This document shows, in pieces, positions 1-9,213 of a DNA stretch of 64,000 nucleotides. Under the pieces are notes generated by a model. It was not told the DNA's origin. It made no database searches and saw only the letters and a program-made list of their open reading frames with translations. The stretch's first letter is position 1. Every line of letters begins with the position of its first letter. The position numbers were made by a program, and so were the translations under genes. The stretch is taken from NCBI GenBank assembly GCA_035399845.1, contig DAOPJV010000001.1, forward strand, positions 45,872 through 109,871, in the 5' to 3' direction. Origin of the DNA: Phycisphaerae bacterium (GTDB taxonomy: Bacteria > Planctomycetota > Phycisphaerae > UBA1845 > UTPLA1).

Positions 1-700
1 ACTTGATGGGCTTGTGGTGCCGGCGCTCGTCGATGTCGGCGACACCGCCGACGATGCTGAACCAGTCCACCGGTCGATATTCGAGTTCGACACCAATGCT
101 CTCGGGCAGCGGCAGCAGCGGATTGTTGTCGAGCGCCTGGGACAGGAACTGCTTGTCCTCGCTGTTCGAGAAGCGATTGCGGTCGACGACCGTCTGCTGG
201 TCCAGGAAGCCGAGGCGCATCCAGAGTTTCTTTTCGATCAGTTCGTGCTCGTAGTAGAGCTGGGCGACATAGAGGTTGCCTTCGCCGTCATTGTCGTCGG
301 CCACCTGGTAGTTGGAGCCGATCCACGGATTGACGCCGCTCCCCATGATGCGCTGAAAGTGGCCGAGAATGCGGCCCCGTTCGACGAGTCCCATCTCGCC
401 GAGATCGAGATGCATCAGGAGGTCCATGGTCGCGGCCGGCTTGCCGCCGTTGGCCAGACCGCCGCCGACGTTCCACAGCGTCGTGTAATTCAGATAGAGC
501 TGCGTGACGACGCCGTGTTCTTCAAGCGTGGTTCGGGCGCCGCCCCAGTCGCCGGTCATGTAGGGCGAGTCGAGGGCAAGCGGCGCGTAGCCGTGTTTCT
601 CTGACGTGGCTTCAGCGCCTTCTTCGGCGAGCGCGTCAGGAGAAAGACCCAGTGCGGCGAACAGAAATACGATGGTTGTGATAGGAGAAGATCGCATCAT
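1..700 (-). CDS. Carbohydrate-selective porin, OprB family (partial; 3' end runs off the window)
   Basis: Absent from the ORF track because there is no stop in the window. The reverse-strand ATG is at 700-698. My translation is MMRSSPITTIVFLFAALGLSPDALAEE (signal peptide), then ...SPYMTGDWGGARTTLEEHGVVTQLYLNY...NPWIGSNYQVADDNDGEGNLYVAQLYYEHEL. The GDWGG.R..L...G start is typical of OprB-type porins. The forward ORF 14..604 is its antisense shadow. Confidence 0.7.
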   Translation of the reverse strand, partial: MMRSSPITTIVFLFAALGLSPDALAEEGAEATSEKHGYAPLALDSPYMTGDWGGARTTLEEHGVVTQLYLNYTTLWNVGGGLANGGKPAATMDLLMHLDLGEMGLVERGRILGHFQRIMGSGVNPWIGSNYQVADDNDGEGNLYVAQLYYEHELIEKKLWMRLGFLDQQTVVDRNRFSNSEDKQFLSQALDNNPLLPLPESIGVELEYRPVDWFSIVGGVADIDERRHHKPIK

Positions 701-932
701 GAGTTTTTTCGGCGGCGGGTTCATCGGCGCCATTCGGCGATCACAGGCGCGAAGGCGCTTCAGGATCAATAGAATCCTCGGAGGTATGAGCGTCAACGGC
801 CTCGACGAATTTTTGTCGACATTTTCGTCGCGTATCGCCGACGCGGTCGTCGGGACGCGATATGATCCAGTTCGGTGAACGGACCTGTTCGCCTGTTTTC
901 GCCGGTCGATCATCACGATCGGGAGTATTGAA

Positions 933-1478
933 ATGGCGCCAAAACATTCCTATTTACGTCGCACGGCGGGCCATCTCCTCGCGGTTTCGCTGTGCGGACT
1001 CATGTCGTTCGCATCGATGTCGTGTGATTCGCCTTCGCGCAGCGACGCCATCCAGAATGTCTCCACGCGGACGGAGCCTGTGTCACACATCAAGCACAGC
1101 GTGAAGCTGCGAACGCTGATGCGCGAAATCAACGAGTTATCGCTCGCGCGCCTCCCGCAGGAGATGGGGACCTCGTTGAGTCAGCGTCGGCGCGTGTCGT
1201 CGGTCGGGGCGATTGCCGAGCGGCTGGCGGCGTCGACGACGGAGCTGCCGAAGATGGTCGACGAGCTGGACCTGACGGAATCGCAGAAAACGAGTTTCGT
1301 CGAACTGGCCGGCTACCTGCGGGAAGAGGCGCAGGAACTCGGTCGAATCGCGCGGAAGGGCGCCGATTCCCGACTCGTCCAGCGGAAGCTCGATGAGATG
1401 GTGACGACATGCAACGCGTGTCATCGCCTCTTCCGCGATCCCGCCGCCGGTACGCTGGTGTCGCCCCGCGAATTCTGA
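933..1478 (+). CDS. Class II c-type cytochrome (cytochrome c'-like), probable lipoprotein
   Basis: N-terminal signal with Cys (LCGLMSFASMSC). It has a single CxxCH heme motif close to the C-terminus (CNACHRLFRD), which is the hallmark position for class II cytochromes c. The rest is predicted to be helical. Confidence 0.6.
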   Translation: MAPKHSYLRRTAGHLLAVSLCGLMSFASMSCDSPSRSDAIQNVSTRTEPVSHIKHSVKLRTLMREINELSLARLPQEMGTSLSQRRRVSSVGAIAERLAASTTELPKMVDELDLTESQKTSFVELAGYLREEAQELGRIARKGADSRLVQRKLDEMVTTCNACHRLFRDPAAGTLVSPREF

Positions 1479-1735
1479 TTGTCGTTTCGCGATCCGAACG
1501 CCGAAGCAACGCCCTGCGCGGCGCGACAGGCGCAGGGCGCCGGCGACATTTCGCTCCGCGGGCGCGTCGTTCCCCCGTTTCATTCACGCGGCCGGTTCGG
1601 ATTTGCTGTTGAATCCGTGTGGCGGTACCTTTAAGTCGACCAGTTTCGACGGAGGCGCCCCGAGGCGGCGCGCGCTTCGCGTATGGGCCGGAGACCGGAC
1701 GTCCGCGCCGGTATTCCCGAAAGGCGCCGTAAGAC

Positions 1736-2317
1736 ATGGCTGAAGATCGCGACGCACAATGGATGGAGCGCCTGGCCGACGGCGATCAGTCCGTGGTGGC
1801 GGAGATTCGCGATCGGTACACGCCCGAGTTGGTCCTCTTCTGCCAGCGGATGGTCTACAACGAAGCCCTCGCCGAAGACATCGTGCAGGAAGTCATGATG
1901 AAGTGCCTGAGCCCGGGTGGCGGCGCCGCGCCGTCGGGTAGCCTGCGCGGCTGGCTCTATCGCGTGGCGCGAAATCGGGCGATTGACGAAATCCGAAAGA
2001 TGAAGCCGGAGGTCCGGCTGAGCGCGATGCAGTCCTCCAGTCGAATCTGGGCGGCGGCCGTGGTGCCGCTCGATCCGACAACGACGCCCGCCGGCAAGGC
2101 CCTCAAGGAAGATCGGGCCCGTCGCGTGCAGGAGGTCGTCGAGGCGATGGACGACGATCTGCGGGAAGTCGTTATCCTCTATTTCTTCCAGGGGCTCAGT
2201 CGGAACGAGGTCGCCGAGGCAATCGGACTGACGCTCTCCGGCACGAAGGCCCGCATTTCCAGGGCGACGCGCGAGCTGCGCACCAAACTTCGCTCGCTGG
2301 ACGACTCCTCTCTGTAA
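1736..2317 (+). CDS. ECF-type RNA polymerase sigma factor
   Basis: Sigma-70 region 2 (ALAEDIVQEVMMKC...RGWLYRVARNRAIDEIRK) and region 4 HTH (LYFFQGLSRNEVAEAIGLTLSGTKARISRATRELR). The partner gene starts 11 nt downstream. Confidence 0.9.
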   Translation: MAEDRDAQWMERLADGDQSVVAEIRDRYTPELVLFCQRMVYNEALAEDIVQEVMMKCLSPGGGAAPSGSLRGWLYRVARNRAIDEIRKMKPEVRLSAMQSSSRIWAAAVVPLDPTTTPAGKALKEDRARRVQEVVEAMDDDLREVVILYFFQGLSRNEVAEAIGLTLSGTKARISRATRELRTKLRSLDDSSL

Positions 2318-2328
2318 GATGCGTTGAT

Positions 2329-5241
2329 ATGAATTGCGAGACCGCCGAAGAGTGTCTTCTCGATTATCTCGAGGGCCAGCTCGACGCGGCGCAGGCCGAT
2401 GCGATGCGCGCGCATGTCGACACGTGTCCGACGTGCCGCCGCGCTCTGCGCGAGACGCGTGAACTGATCGACGCCATCGAGCACGCGCGCCGTCGCCAGG
2501 AGCAGGCGTGGAAGCAGGCGTCGCGCGCGGAGTCGGCCGGCGTGTCCTCGTCGTCGGCGCGCGGCAGGTCGTTCTCCTTTGAGCCCGGACGCCTGCTGGG
2601 CGACTTCGAAATCATCAACGAGATCGGTCGCGGCGGCATGGGCGTCGTCTACCGGGCGCGGCAGGTGACGCTCAATCGCGTCGTCGCGCTCAAGGTGCTG
2701 CCGGCGAACGTCTGCCAGACGGAGTCCGCGATTTCCCGGTTCGTTCGCGAGGCGCAGGCGGCGGCCAAGCTGCATCACACGAACATCGTGCCCGTCTACG
2801 CGCAGGGCGAGGCCGACGGTCACTTCTACTATGCGATGGAGCTGATCGAGGGCCCCAACCTGGGCCGTCTGATGAAGGACGATCGCTCTGCGATCCTCTC
2901 GGGCCTGGACGCCGTCGCCCTGAGCGGAACGGGATCGTCGACCGAACTCAGCGGCATCTCCCGGATGGAGGGATCGGGACCTCGACGCCGGGCCGACTAT
3001 CGACGGATCGCCAATCTGATCGCCTCCGTCGCGGACGCGCTGGAACACGCCCATCGGCTGAACGTGATTCATCGCGATATCAAGCCACAGAACCTGCTGC
3101 TCGGGAAGGACGGCGAGTTTCACATCACGGACTTTGGTCTGGCGCGCCTGCTGGACGAGCCGAACATGACTGTGACGGGCGAGATGCTGGGCACGCCGGC
3201 CTACATGTCGCCGGAGCAGGTGGACGCGGATCGCGAACGAATCGACGCGCGAACGGACATCTACTCGCTCGGCGTGACGCTGTACGAACTGCTGACCGGC
3301 AAGCGGCCCTTCGATGGGACAAGCCGCGAGCAGGTCATTGCGCGGGTGCGCGATCGCGAACCCGTTGCGCCGCGAAGGCACGATCCGAACATTCCGATCG
3401 ATCTGGACACGATCTGCCTGCGCGCGATGGATAAGTCGCCGCATCGCCGGTACCAGACGGCCGAGGCGCTGGCGGCGGACCTGCGGCGTTTTGCCGAAGA
3501 CAAGCCGATTCACGCGCGGCGCGTGAGCGCGTTCGAGAAGGGGATCAAGTGGATTCGGCGACATCCGGCGAAGTTCACGATCGGCGTGCTGCTCCTGGTG
3601 ATGGTCGGCGGCGGAATCGCGTGGTACGCGCAGGTGAGGGCGGAGATCACGCGGAACGCGAATCGAAAGATCGAAGAGGCGTTCAACGAACTCGCCTACG
3701 AGAACTATCGTGACGGCGACAAGGCGAGAGAAAAGATCGCCGAAGCGGCGCCGGATTATTCGGATCAGGCGCTTTACTGGAAAACGTTCGGCCTGAGCCG
3801 TGTGATCGAAAAGCCGGAGGAAGCCGAGGGAGATCTTCGGAAGGCGCTCGACCTGCGGCCGGATGACGTCGAGTGCATGTATCTTCTTGCGTGGACGCTG
3901 CGACGCCTGGAGCAGCCCGACAAATGCGACGCCCTGATTCGAGAGGCGGACAGGATACTGGATTCGAATAGCGCCACGTGGGCGCAGAAGCCGACGGTCC
4001 ATTTCTTCCGGGCGACGGCGATCGTGAGGTCTCAGCCGGAGAAGGCGGAGGAGAGTTACGAAAAGGCCATCGCAACATACAGCCTGATGTCCAAGGGGGG
4101 GGCCTATTACCAGGCGCGGCTGCATCTCGGGCGGGCCAAGAACAACGCGCAGTATCACACGCGCAGCGCCGAGGACTTCACGGCGATCGAAAAGAACCTG
4201 AGCATGGCCTGCACGCTTCATCCCGAGCAGGCGTATCCACACTACCTCCTGTCGCTGGCCTATCGAATCAACGCGGAGATCTATCTCGCCCAGGGGGATG
4301 TTGACCGGGCGCGGCGCCGATTTGCGACGGCGCTGGCGCACGCGGAGAACGCCGTGGATGCGGAACCGAGATCGCCGCGCGGCTACGCGGCGCGCGCCGA
4401 ATTCTGGGAATCCGTCAGTGATCGTTGCGAGCCGCTGGGTCGGCTGAAGAATGACGCCGAGAGAAAGGCGTTTCACGAGTCGCACGCGCAATATGAGCAC
4501 GCCGATGGAACGGGCGCCTGCGAATTCTGCGATTGGCTCGCAGCGCCGGAAGACGAGGCGCTGCGCCGGGCGGTCGCGGAGCGTTCCATCGGCCTGCCGG
4601 GCCTGAACGACAAAGATGAGCTGGAGTTCCACGAGTATCGCTGGCTGGACAATTACTGGCTCGGGGATCTCGTCGCCGCGGATGATGATCTCGGGAAGGT
4701 GGCGGAACTGGCGCCAAAGACGCATCAGAAATGGATCTGGTACACGGGGCTGGCGCCACTGCTGATTGACGCCGAGCGGAGGAGTGTCGACGCAGCAGAG
4801 GCGGCGCTGGATTCCCTCACCAACGCGTCGGCCGGTTCGAAGGACTTTCGTGTGTGTACCGGGATCGCCTGCCTGCGCCACCTGTTCGGGCGGGCGGACG
4901 CGGCGTCGGCGTTTCTGTCGGATCGGCGCGGCGCCGTGGATTTCGGCGACGGCGAAGCGGCGGCGTGGGACATCCTGGTGAATCCAGGCGCGAATGCGGA
5001 TGTCGCCCCCGGCGGCGATCGCGACGTACCGAGGAACGCGCGGGCGTGTTCGCTCTTCTTTCGCGGTGTCGTCGCGCTCGGCGCCGGCGATCGGAAGGCG
5101 GCCCGGGCGTGGCTCGTGGCCTGCGAGGAGTGCTACGACTACGAAGACTACGGCTATCTCGCCCGAATGCTGCGCCGAAGGATGGACGCCGATCCCAGCT
5201 GGCCGAATTGGGCGCCCCGAAACGCCGACATCGGGAATTGA
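2329..5241 (+). CDS. Zinc-finger anti-sigma (zf-HC2) domain fused to a Hanks Ser/Thr kinase, one TM helix, TPR-rich outer region
   Basis: N-terminus MNCETAEECLLDYLEG...HVDTCPTC matches the H-x3-C-x2-C ZAS motif. Kinase motifs are GRGGMGVVYRA, ALKVL, HRDIKPQNLLL, DFGLARL and GTPAYMSPEQ. The TM helix is FTIGVLLLVMVGGGIAWYA, followed by TPR-like helical repeats. Confidence 0.9.
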   Translation: MNCETAEECLLDYLEGQLDAAQADAMRAHVDTCPTCRRALRETRELIDAIEHARRRQEQAWKQASRAESAGVSSSSARGRSFSFEPGRLLGDFEIINEIGRGGMGVVYRARQVTLNRVVALKVLPANVCQTESAISRFVREAQAAAKLHHTNIVPVYAQGEADGHFYYAMELIEGPNLGRLMKDDRSAILSGLDAVALSGTGSSTELSGISRMEGSGPRRRADYRRIANLIASVADALEHAHRLNVIHRDIKPQNLLLGKDGEFHITDFGLARLLDEPNMTVTGEMLGTPAYMSPEQVDADRERIDARTDIYSLGVTLYELLTGKRPFDGTSREQVIARVRDREPVAPRRHDPNIPIDLDTICLRAMDKSPHRRYQTAEALAADLRRFAEDKPIHARRVSAFEKGIKWIRRHPAKFTIGVLLLVMVGGGIAWYAQVRAEITRNANRKIEEAFNELAYENYRDGDKAREKIAEAAPDYSDQALYWKTFGLSRVIEKPEEAEGDLRKALDLRPDDVECMYLLAWTLRRLEQPDKCDALIREADRILDSNSATWAQKPTVHFFRATAIVRSQPEKAEESYEKAIATYSLMSKGGAYYQARLHLGRAKNNAQYHTRSAEDFTAIEKNLSMACTLHPEQAYPHYLLSLAYRINAEIYLAQGDVDRARRRFATALAHAENAVDAEPRSPRGYAARAEFWESVSDRCEPLGRLKNDAERKAFHESHAQYEHADGTGACEFCDWLAAPEDEALRRAVAERSIGLPGLNDKDELEFHEYRWLDNYWLGDLVAADDDLGKVAELAPKTHQKWIWYTGLAPLLIDAERRSVDAAEAALDSLTNASAGSKDFRVCTGIACLRHLFGRADAASAFLSDRRGAVDFGDGEAAAWDILVNPGANADVAPGGDRDVPRNARACSLFFRGVVALGAGDRKAARAWLVACEECYDYEDYGYLARMLRRRMDADPSWPNWAPRNADIGN

Positions 5242-5502
5242 CCTCGCGCCAACCGGGGCCCCGGCGGCCGGGTTATCAGATCGATTTCGGAAGTTCGCGT
5301 GAATTTTCGGCGGCCCGGTAGCCGTTTGTCGTCCCGGATCGTCCTCTTCTGGACGGGAATCGGGTAGAATAGCGGGTCGCGTGGCCGTTGCGCCCGTTCT
5401 TGCTCGATCCGCCAGTCCATCCGTGTATGCCTCGCTCTAGCTCATCGCGGTGGTCGGGTTGTTCGCGCGCCCAGTGATCAGACGGAGGCAGGAGACAGGC
5501 AT

Positions 5503-7311
5503 ATGCGTAAGGCGACTCATCTCCCTATTCGCGCGTTCTTCGTGATGAGTCTTGTCGGCGTTCTCGCCGCGATTCCCTTGTCGACGGCGCATGCGCAGGT
5601 TCCGCACGCCGACGTGCCGCTCGATCCCGTTCAGTTCTCGATCGATGGTATTTCGCCGACGATCGGCGTCGGGGGCATCACACAGGCCGACGTGCTCATG
5701 AAGGCGGGGCCGCATGTGATCATTCCGTCGCTCAGCCTGGGCCTCACGCCGCTCGACGAACTTGATGGCCTTTCCGCCGACGCGGGCGAGTTTCTGCCGA
5801 ATGATCCGTTTGTCTTCATCTTCAGTGTTTCGCGAAATTCGACGGGCATGGCGGCGCCGGATCCGGCGCTCGTCGCGGCGAATCGTCCTTTCAACGTGCT
5901 GAACCAGGCGGGCCTGAATCAGGCCATGGGCGATATCTTCATGACGACGCGCGACTTCGACGCGGGTGGCCTGATCCCCGGCGGCGGCGCTCGAACGTTC
6001 ACGCCGAACAATACGCTGGTCATCAACCAGGGGGATACCGGCGGCGTGGATAATGATCTCATGCCGGAGAAGGCGCCGTCGAAGGCGCAGCTCAGCGGCA
6101 CGATGAAGGATCATGTCGACGCCGTTGTCAGCGCGTCGAGCACATCGACGGGCGCCCGCGCCGGTGGCGTTCGTGGGCCGGGCGGATCCGGCCCGGGAAC
6201 GGATCCGGCGATTCCCTCCTCCATTTTCTTTTCGTTGCGGCGCAACAGCCCGAGCCTTGGGAATCTCCCCGGACTGGGCAGCCCCGCCAACATCTTCTTT
6301 GACGATTCCCCGCTGCAGCCGGGCGGTGAGACGCTCTTTCTTCGCGCCGACCAGATGGGACTGATCCTCACGCCGGACGGGACCGGCGACGACATGAGCG
6401 GGTTCACTGTTTTCCTGGGGGGGCCGGGTCGTGGCGCGCCGGGGCCTGTCGTCCTGTTTACGCTGGCGCCGGGGTCGCCATCGCTGGGGACATCGTTCAG
6501 CCCCGCCGACATCTTCATCTCAACGGGCGGCGGCACGTTTGCCCTGTTCGCCTCGGCGAGCGAGCTGGGGCTGGCGCCGACGGATGCGATCACGGGCTTT
6601 ACGATTCTCAAGACGAGCAATGTCGACCAGCTTGTGCTCGACAGCGCGATCCAGCTTCGTGTTCCCGGCGACTTCGATGGCGATGGCCAGCTGACGGACG
6701 CGGACTGCGAGGCCTTCGTCGGTTGTTATTCGGGCGATGGGACGTCCTATGACGATACCGGCGTCATCACGCACGCGGTCGATGTCGGTCCGGGCGCCGT
6801 CTTCTCGCCGGGATTACTCTCGATCGAAGTCGGCGACGTTGTCTCGTGGTCGTGGCTGGACGGGCCTCACAACATCGTCAGTGGTTCATTGGGTGTACCG
6901 GATGGCGCTTTCAACTCGGGGCCGCCGGCGGGGGCGGGGGCGTCGTTCGACGTGTCGTTCGATATGGCGTTTCTCAACGCCAATCCGCAGGCGAGCTATC
7001 CGTACTTCAGCGAGCCGGACGTCGCGACGGGACTGGCGGGGACGATCGTCGTTCAGCCGCATCCCTGCGCCACGTTCGATCAGGATTTCGACGGCGACGT
7101 GGATTGCGCCGACTGGAATGAACTGAAGTCGCTGTACGTCCAGTTGAACGACGGAATCTGCGTGCCGCTGACGATCCCCGAATTCGTGGCGGCGATTCTG
7201 TGCCAGCCGATTCATCCAGCCCATCTCTGCATCGCCGACATGAACAACGACGGCGCCGCCGATGGCCGCGACATTCAGCCCTACGTGAACTATCTGCTCT
7301 ACGGCGGATGA
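5503..7311 (+). CDS. Secreted protein with a degenerate plastocyanin-like cupredoxin domain and a C-terminal dockerin/EF-hand-like module
   Basis: Signal peptide ...LSTAHA/QV, and a GGAGG-type RBS at 5486-5495. The cupredoxin-like stretch is FSPGLLSIEVGDVVSWSWLDGPHNIVSG...YPYFSEPDVATGLAGTIVVQP. Calcium-type loops are GDFDGDGQLTDAD, DQDFDGDVDCAD and DMNNDGAADGRDIQPYVNYLL. Confidence 0.75.
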   Translation: MRKATHLPIRAFFVMSLVGVLAAIPLSTAHAQVPHADVPLDPVQFSIDGISPTIGVGGITQADVLMKAGPHVIIPSLSLGLTPLDELDGLSADAGEFLPNDPFVFIFSVSRNSTGMAAPDPALVAANRPFNVLNQAGLNQAMGDIFMTTRDFDAGGLIPGGGARTFTPNNTLVINQGDTGGVDNDLMPEKAPSKAQLSGTMKDHVDAVVSASSTSTGARAGGVRGPGGSGPGTDPAIPSSIFFSLRRNSPSLGNLPGLGSPANIFFDDSPLQPGGETLFLRADQMGLILTPDGTGDDMSGFTVFLGGPGRGAPGPVVLFTLAPGSPSLGTSFSPADIFISTGGGTFALFASASELGLAPTDAITGFTILKTSNVDQLVLDSAIQLRVPGDFDGDGQLTDADCEAFVGCYSGDGTSYDDTGVITHAVDVGPGAVFSPGLLSIEVGDVVSWSWLDGPHNIVSGSLGVPDGAFNSGPPAGAGASFDVSFDMAFLNANPQASYPYFSEPDVATGLAGTIVVQPHPCATFDQDFDGDVDCADWNELKSLYVQLNDGICVPLTIPEFVAAILCQPIHPAHLCIADMNNDGAADGRDIQPYVNYLLYGG

Positions 7312-7327
7312 CCCCGCCCAATGGATC

Positions 7328-7573
7328 GCATGCTTGCCCCACAAGGCGACGCTGTCCGGGAATTCGAGTGAGGATTTCCGATTTGCAGAACCGTCGTAAA
7401 CGCCAGTGTTTCCAAGGCCAACACAGCTCCGAAGGAGCGTCAGTTTTTAGCCACGGGTGGAGCGGAGACCGCATAGCGGTCGGAGCGCAACCCGTGGTTA
7501 GCGTTTTTTTCTCGGGTTTAGCCCTGAAAGGGCGACACAATTCCCGGCGGGTGGCATGCTTGCCCCACAAGGC
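7328..7573. repeat. MITE-like intergenic element bounded by a 20-bp direct repeat with 9-bp inverted repeats just inside
   Basis: gcatgcttgccccacaaggc occurs at 7328-7347 and 7554-7573. ccgggaatt at 7356-7364 faces aattcccgg at 7539-7547. The interior carries nested hairpins. Confidence 0.45.
7444..7510. terminator. Candidate bidirectional intrinsic terminator between convergent genes
   Basis: An 11-bp stem (tagccacgggt 7448-7458 pairing with acccgtggtta 7490-7500, one G-T pair) encloses an inner hairpin gaccgc/gcggtc. It is flanked by ttttt (7444-7448) and ttttttt (7504-7510). Confidence 0.5.
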
Positions 7574-7898
7574 AGGCATGTGTAAGTCGCGCAGGCGGTC
7601 GTCTCATGGGTGGCTCATCCCTTCAGGGCTGGCGGCCACGAAGATGCGAGTGCGAGCAAACTGTTGAATCCTGACGAGCGCATGGCCACTCTGGAGGAGT
7701 GGGTACGCCGCGGGTGCAGGAAGGGATTCCTGCAGTGAGGGGTACGAGATGGGAATCTCGTACCAGCATCACCAGCATCACCAGCATCGCGATGATCGAA
7801 CCCTGGAATGTACTCTGGATAAAGAAGTAGGCGGTTCCGTCGCGCGCGTATCGTCGCGCCTCCACCAACAGGAGGTGGTGGTCCACTCGATCACACGC

Positions 7899-9041
7899 TC
7901 ACAGTTCAGTCTGCGTTCGCGCCACGTGAACGTTTCGGCGCCTGAGTCCTTCGATCAGTGTTTCATACGCCTGCGATTGTCCGCCAATCCACTCGGGCGG
8001 ATGGACGCCCGGCGCCCTGAGTTGTCCTTGGGCGAGCATGCGGGCGACGATTGTGCAGGGGAAGGCCGTCGTTCTCGCCATGGAAGACATCCCCGTCGCC
8101 GCGTCCCGCTCATCGAACAGGTCGTAGGTGTGGCGTTCGCGCCGCCCTTCCCGAGTTCCTTCAACGATCACACGAAGGACCGTGAATTCCGGCTCGTCCG
8201 CTTCCAGCAGCCACATGTCCGCCAGGATTTTCGACGTCATGTCGATGGGGCGGATGTCGGCATCCCCGACGCGCATCGGCGACGTGTCGAACAGGCCTGT
8301 CTCTCGAAAGGCCCGCATCAGCGCGCAATGGCCCGGGTAGCGAAGCGTTTTCTCGCGCATGTTCCGGGCGGGAATCGTGTCGAGCAGGCTGCGAAGGCCA
8401 TCCGTGTTGAATCCCTCGAGCGTGCCGACCTGCGGGAAGTCGAGCAGCTCCGGTTCCGTCAGGGCGGGCTTCACGACAGTGGCGCCATTTTCGATCATTC
8501 GCGCCGGTCGCGTGTATTCCTCGATGACATCCGACGGCGCGAAGGGGGCCTTGTAATCGAAGGGCCATTGGCGGCGCCAGGGCAGACCGCCGACGTAATA
8601 GACGACGTCGTCCAGCGCGTCGAGTTCGGCGTGGCTGCGGCCGATGCAGATGTTCGCCAGTCCCGGGGCGACGCCGCAGTCATAGACGATCGTCGCGCCG
8701 CTCGCTCGGGCGAGGTCGTCCAACTGGCGCGGGTCCTCGATCATGAAGGAGATATCCGCGCAGGGCTTGCCGAGCCCGGCGATCGCCTTCAGCGCGTCGA
8801 ACCCGAGGCGGCTCGGCAGGGCGCCGGCGACGGCGTCGAACGGCGTCAGCTTCGCGGAAAGGGCGGGGATGTCGGCGAGATCGGCGATCTCCGTCCGGAC
8901 CGTCGCCGATGCGCGAACGGACGCAAGGTTCTTCTCACTGGCGTCAAAGACGCAGACTTCCAGATCGTTGTCGCCGGCGAGATCGCGCGCGATCGCGGCG
9001 CCGATGCGACCGCAGCCCAGGACGGCAATACGCTTTTTCAT
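7899..9041 (-). CDS. Saccharopine dehydrogenase family NAD(P)-binding oxidoreductase
   Basis: N-terminal Rossmann motif MKKRIAVLGCGRIGAAIARDL. The length (380 aa) and the C-terminal Sacchrp_dh-like region (TLRYPGH...) fit this family. Confidence 0.8.
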   Translation of the reverse strand: MKKRIAVLGCGRIGAAIARDLAGDNDLEVCVFDASEKNLASVRASATVRTEIADLADIPALSAKLTPFDAVAGALPSRLGFDALKAIAGLGKPCADISFMIEDPRQLDDLARASGATIVYDCGVAPGLANICIGRSHAELDALDDVVYYVGGLPWRRQWPFDYKAPFAPSDVIEEYTRPARMIENGATVVKPALTEPELLDFPQVGTLEGFNTDGLRSLLDTIPARNMREKTLRYPGHCALMRAFRETGLFDTSPMRVGDADIRPIDMTSKILADMWLLEADEPEFTVLRVIVEGTREGRRERHTYDLFDERDAATGMSSMARTTAFPCTIVARMLAQGQLRAPGVHPPEWIGGQSQAYETLIEGLRRRNVHVARTQTEL

Positions 9042-9152
9042 TTGATTCCCCGACTCGCGCCGCGTTCATGCGGGCCGCGGCAGATGGACCGCAACGATTG
9101 CGGTGAATCTCCGACGGGAGCATACCGTGGAATGTGCGATGCGGGTACGTGT

Positions 9153-9181
9153 TTGAGTCGCCGTGAAACGTTGGCTATATT
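9153..9181 (+). promoter_or_regulatory. Candidate sigma-70-type promoter for the K+ channel gene
   Basis: TTGAGT (9153-9158), a 17-nt spacer, then TATATT (9176-9181), about 33 nt upstream of the ATG at 9214. This is a motif match only. Confidence 0.3.
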
Positions 9182-9213
9182 CAACGCCGGTTTAGAGAGG
9201 CGATATTCGATCC

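Noticed and set aside
1505-1545. GC-rich hairpin gccctgcgc/gcgcagggc after the cytochrome c'-like gene, considered as a terminator. The similar cccaccc/gggtggg hairpin at about 11596-11618 was also considered.
   Set aside because: Neither has a following T-run, so the support is too weak to call either an intrinsic terminator.
2179-4881. 900-aa reverse-strand ORF overlapping the kinase gene. Similar giant shadow ORFs are 14877..17453 (+), 42692..44791 (-), 7749..9482 (+), 9181..10530 (-), 37816..39069 (+), 53080..54708 (+), 57264..58589 (+), 58361..59812 (+) and 21769..22869 (-).
   Set aside because: These are antisense to genes with clear family motifs. Their composition is Arg/Ala/Gly/Pro-rich and low-complexity, as expected for stop-poor frames in high-GC DNA. 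No recognisable domains are present.
5366-5371. TAGAAT -10-like hexamer upstream of the 5503 gene.
   Set aside because: There is no acceptable -35 element at 16-18-nt spacing. An ECF-type promoter is more likely here, but I could not identify one with confidence.
7623-7886. 87-aa reverse ORF just downstream of the saccharopine-dehydrogenase-like gene, with a hydrophobic stretch IIAMLVMLVMLV. Its antisense reads HQHHQHHQH.
   Set aside because: The hydrophobic and His-rich runs arise from a short (catcaccag)n-like DNA repeat. The ORF then runs through two perfect hairpins (7716-7737 and 7741-7765) and repeat sequence. There is no RBS. A real mini-protein cannot be excluded, but it is unsupported.
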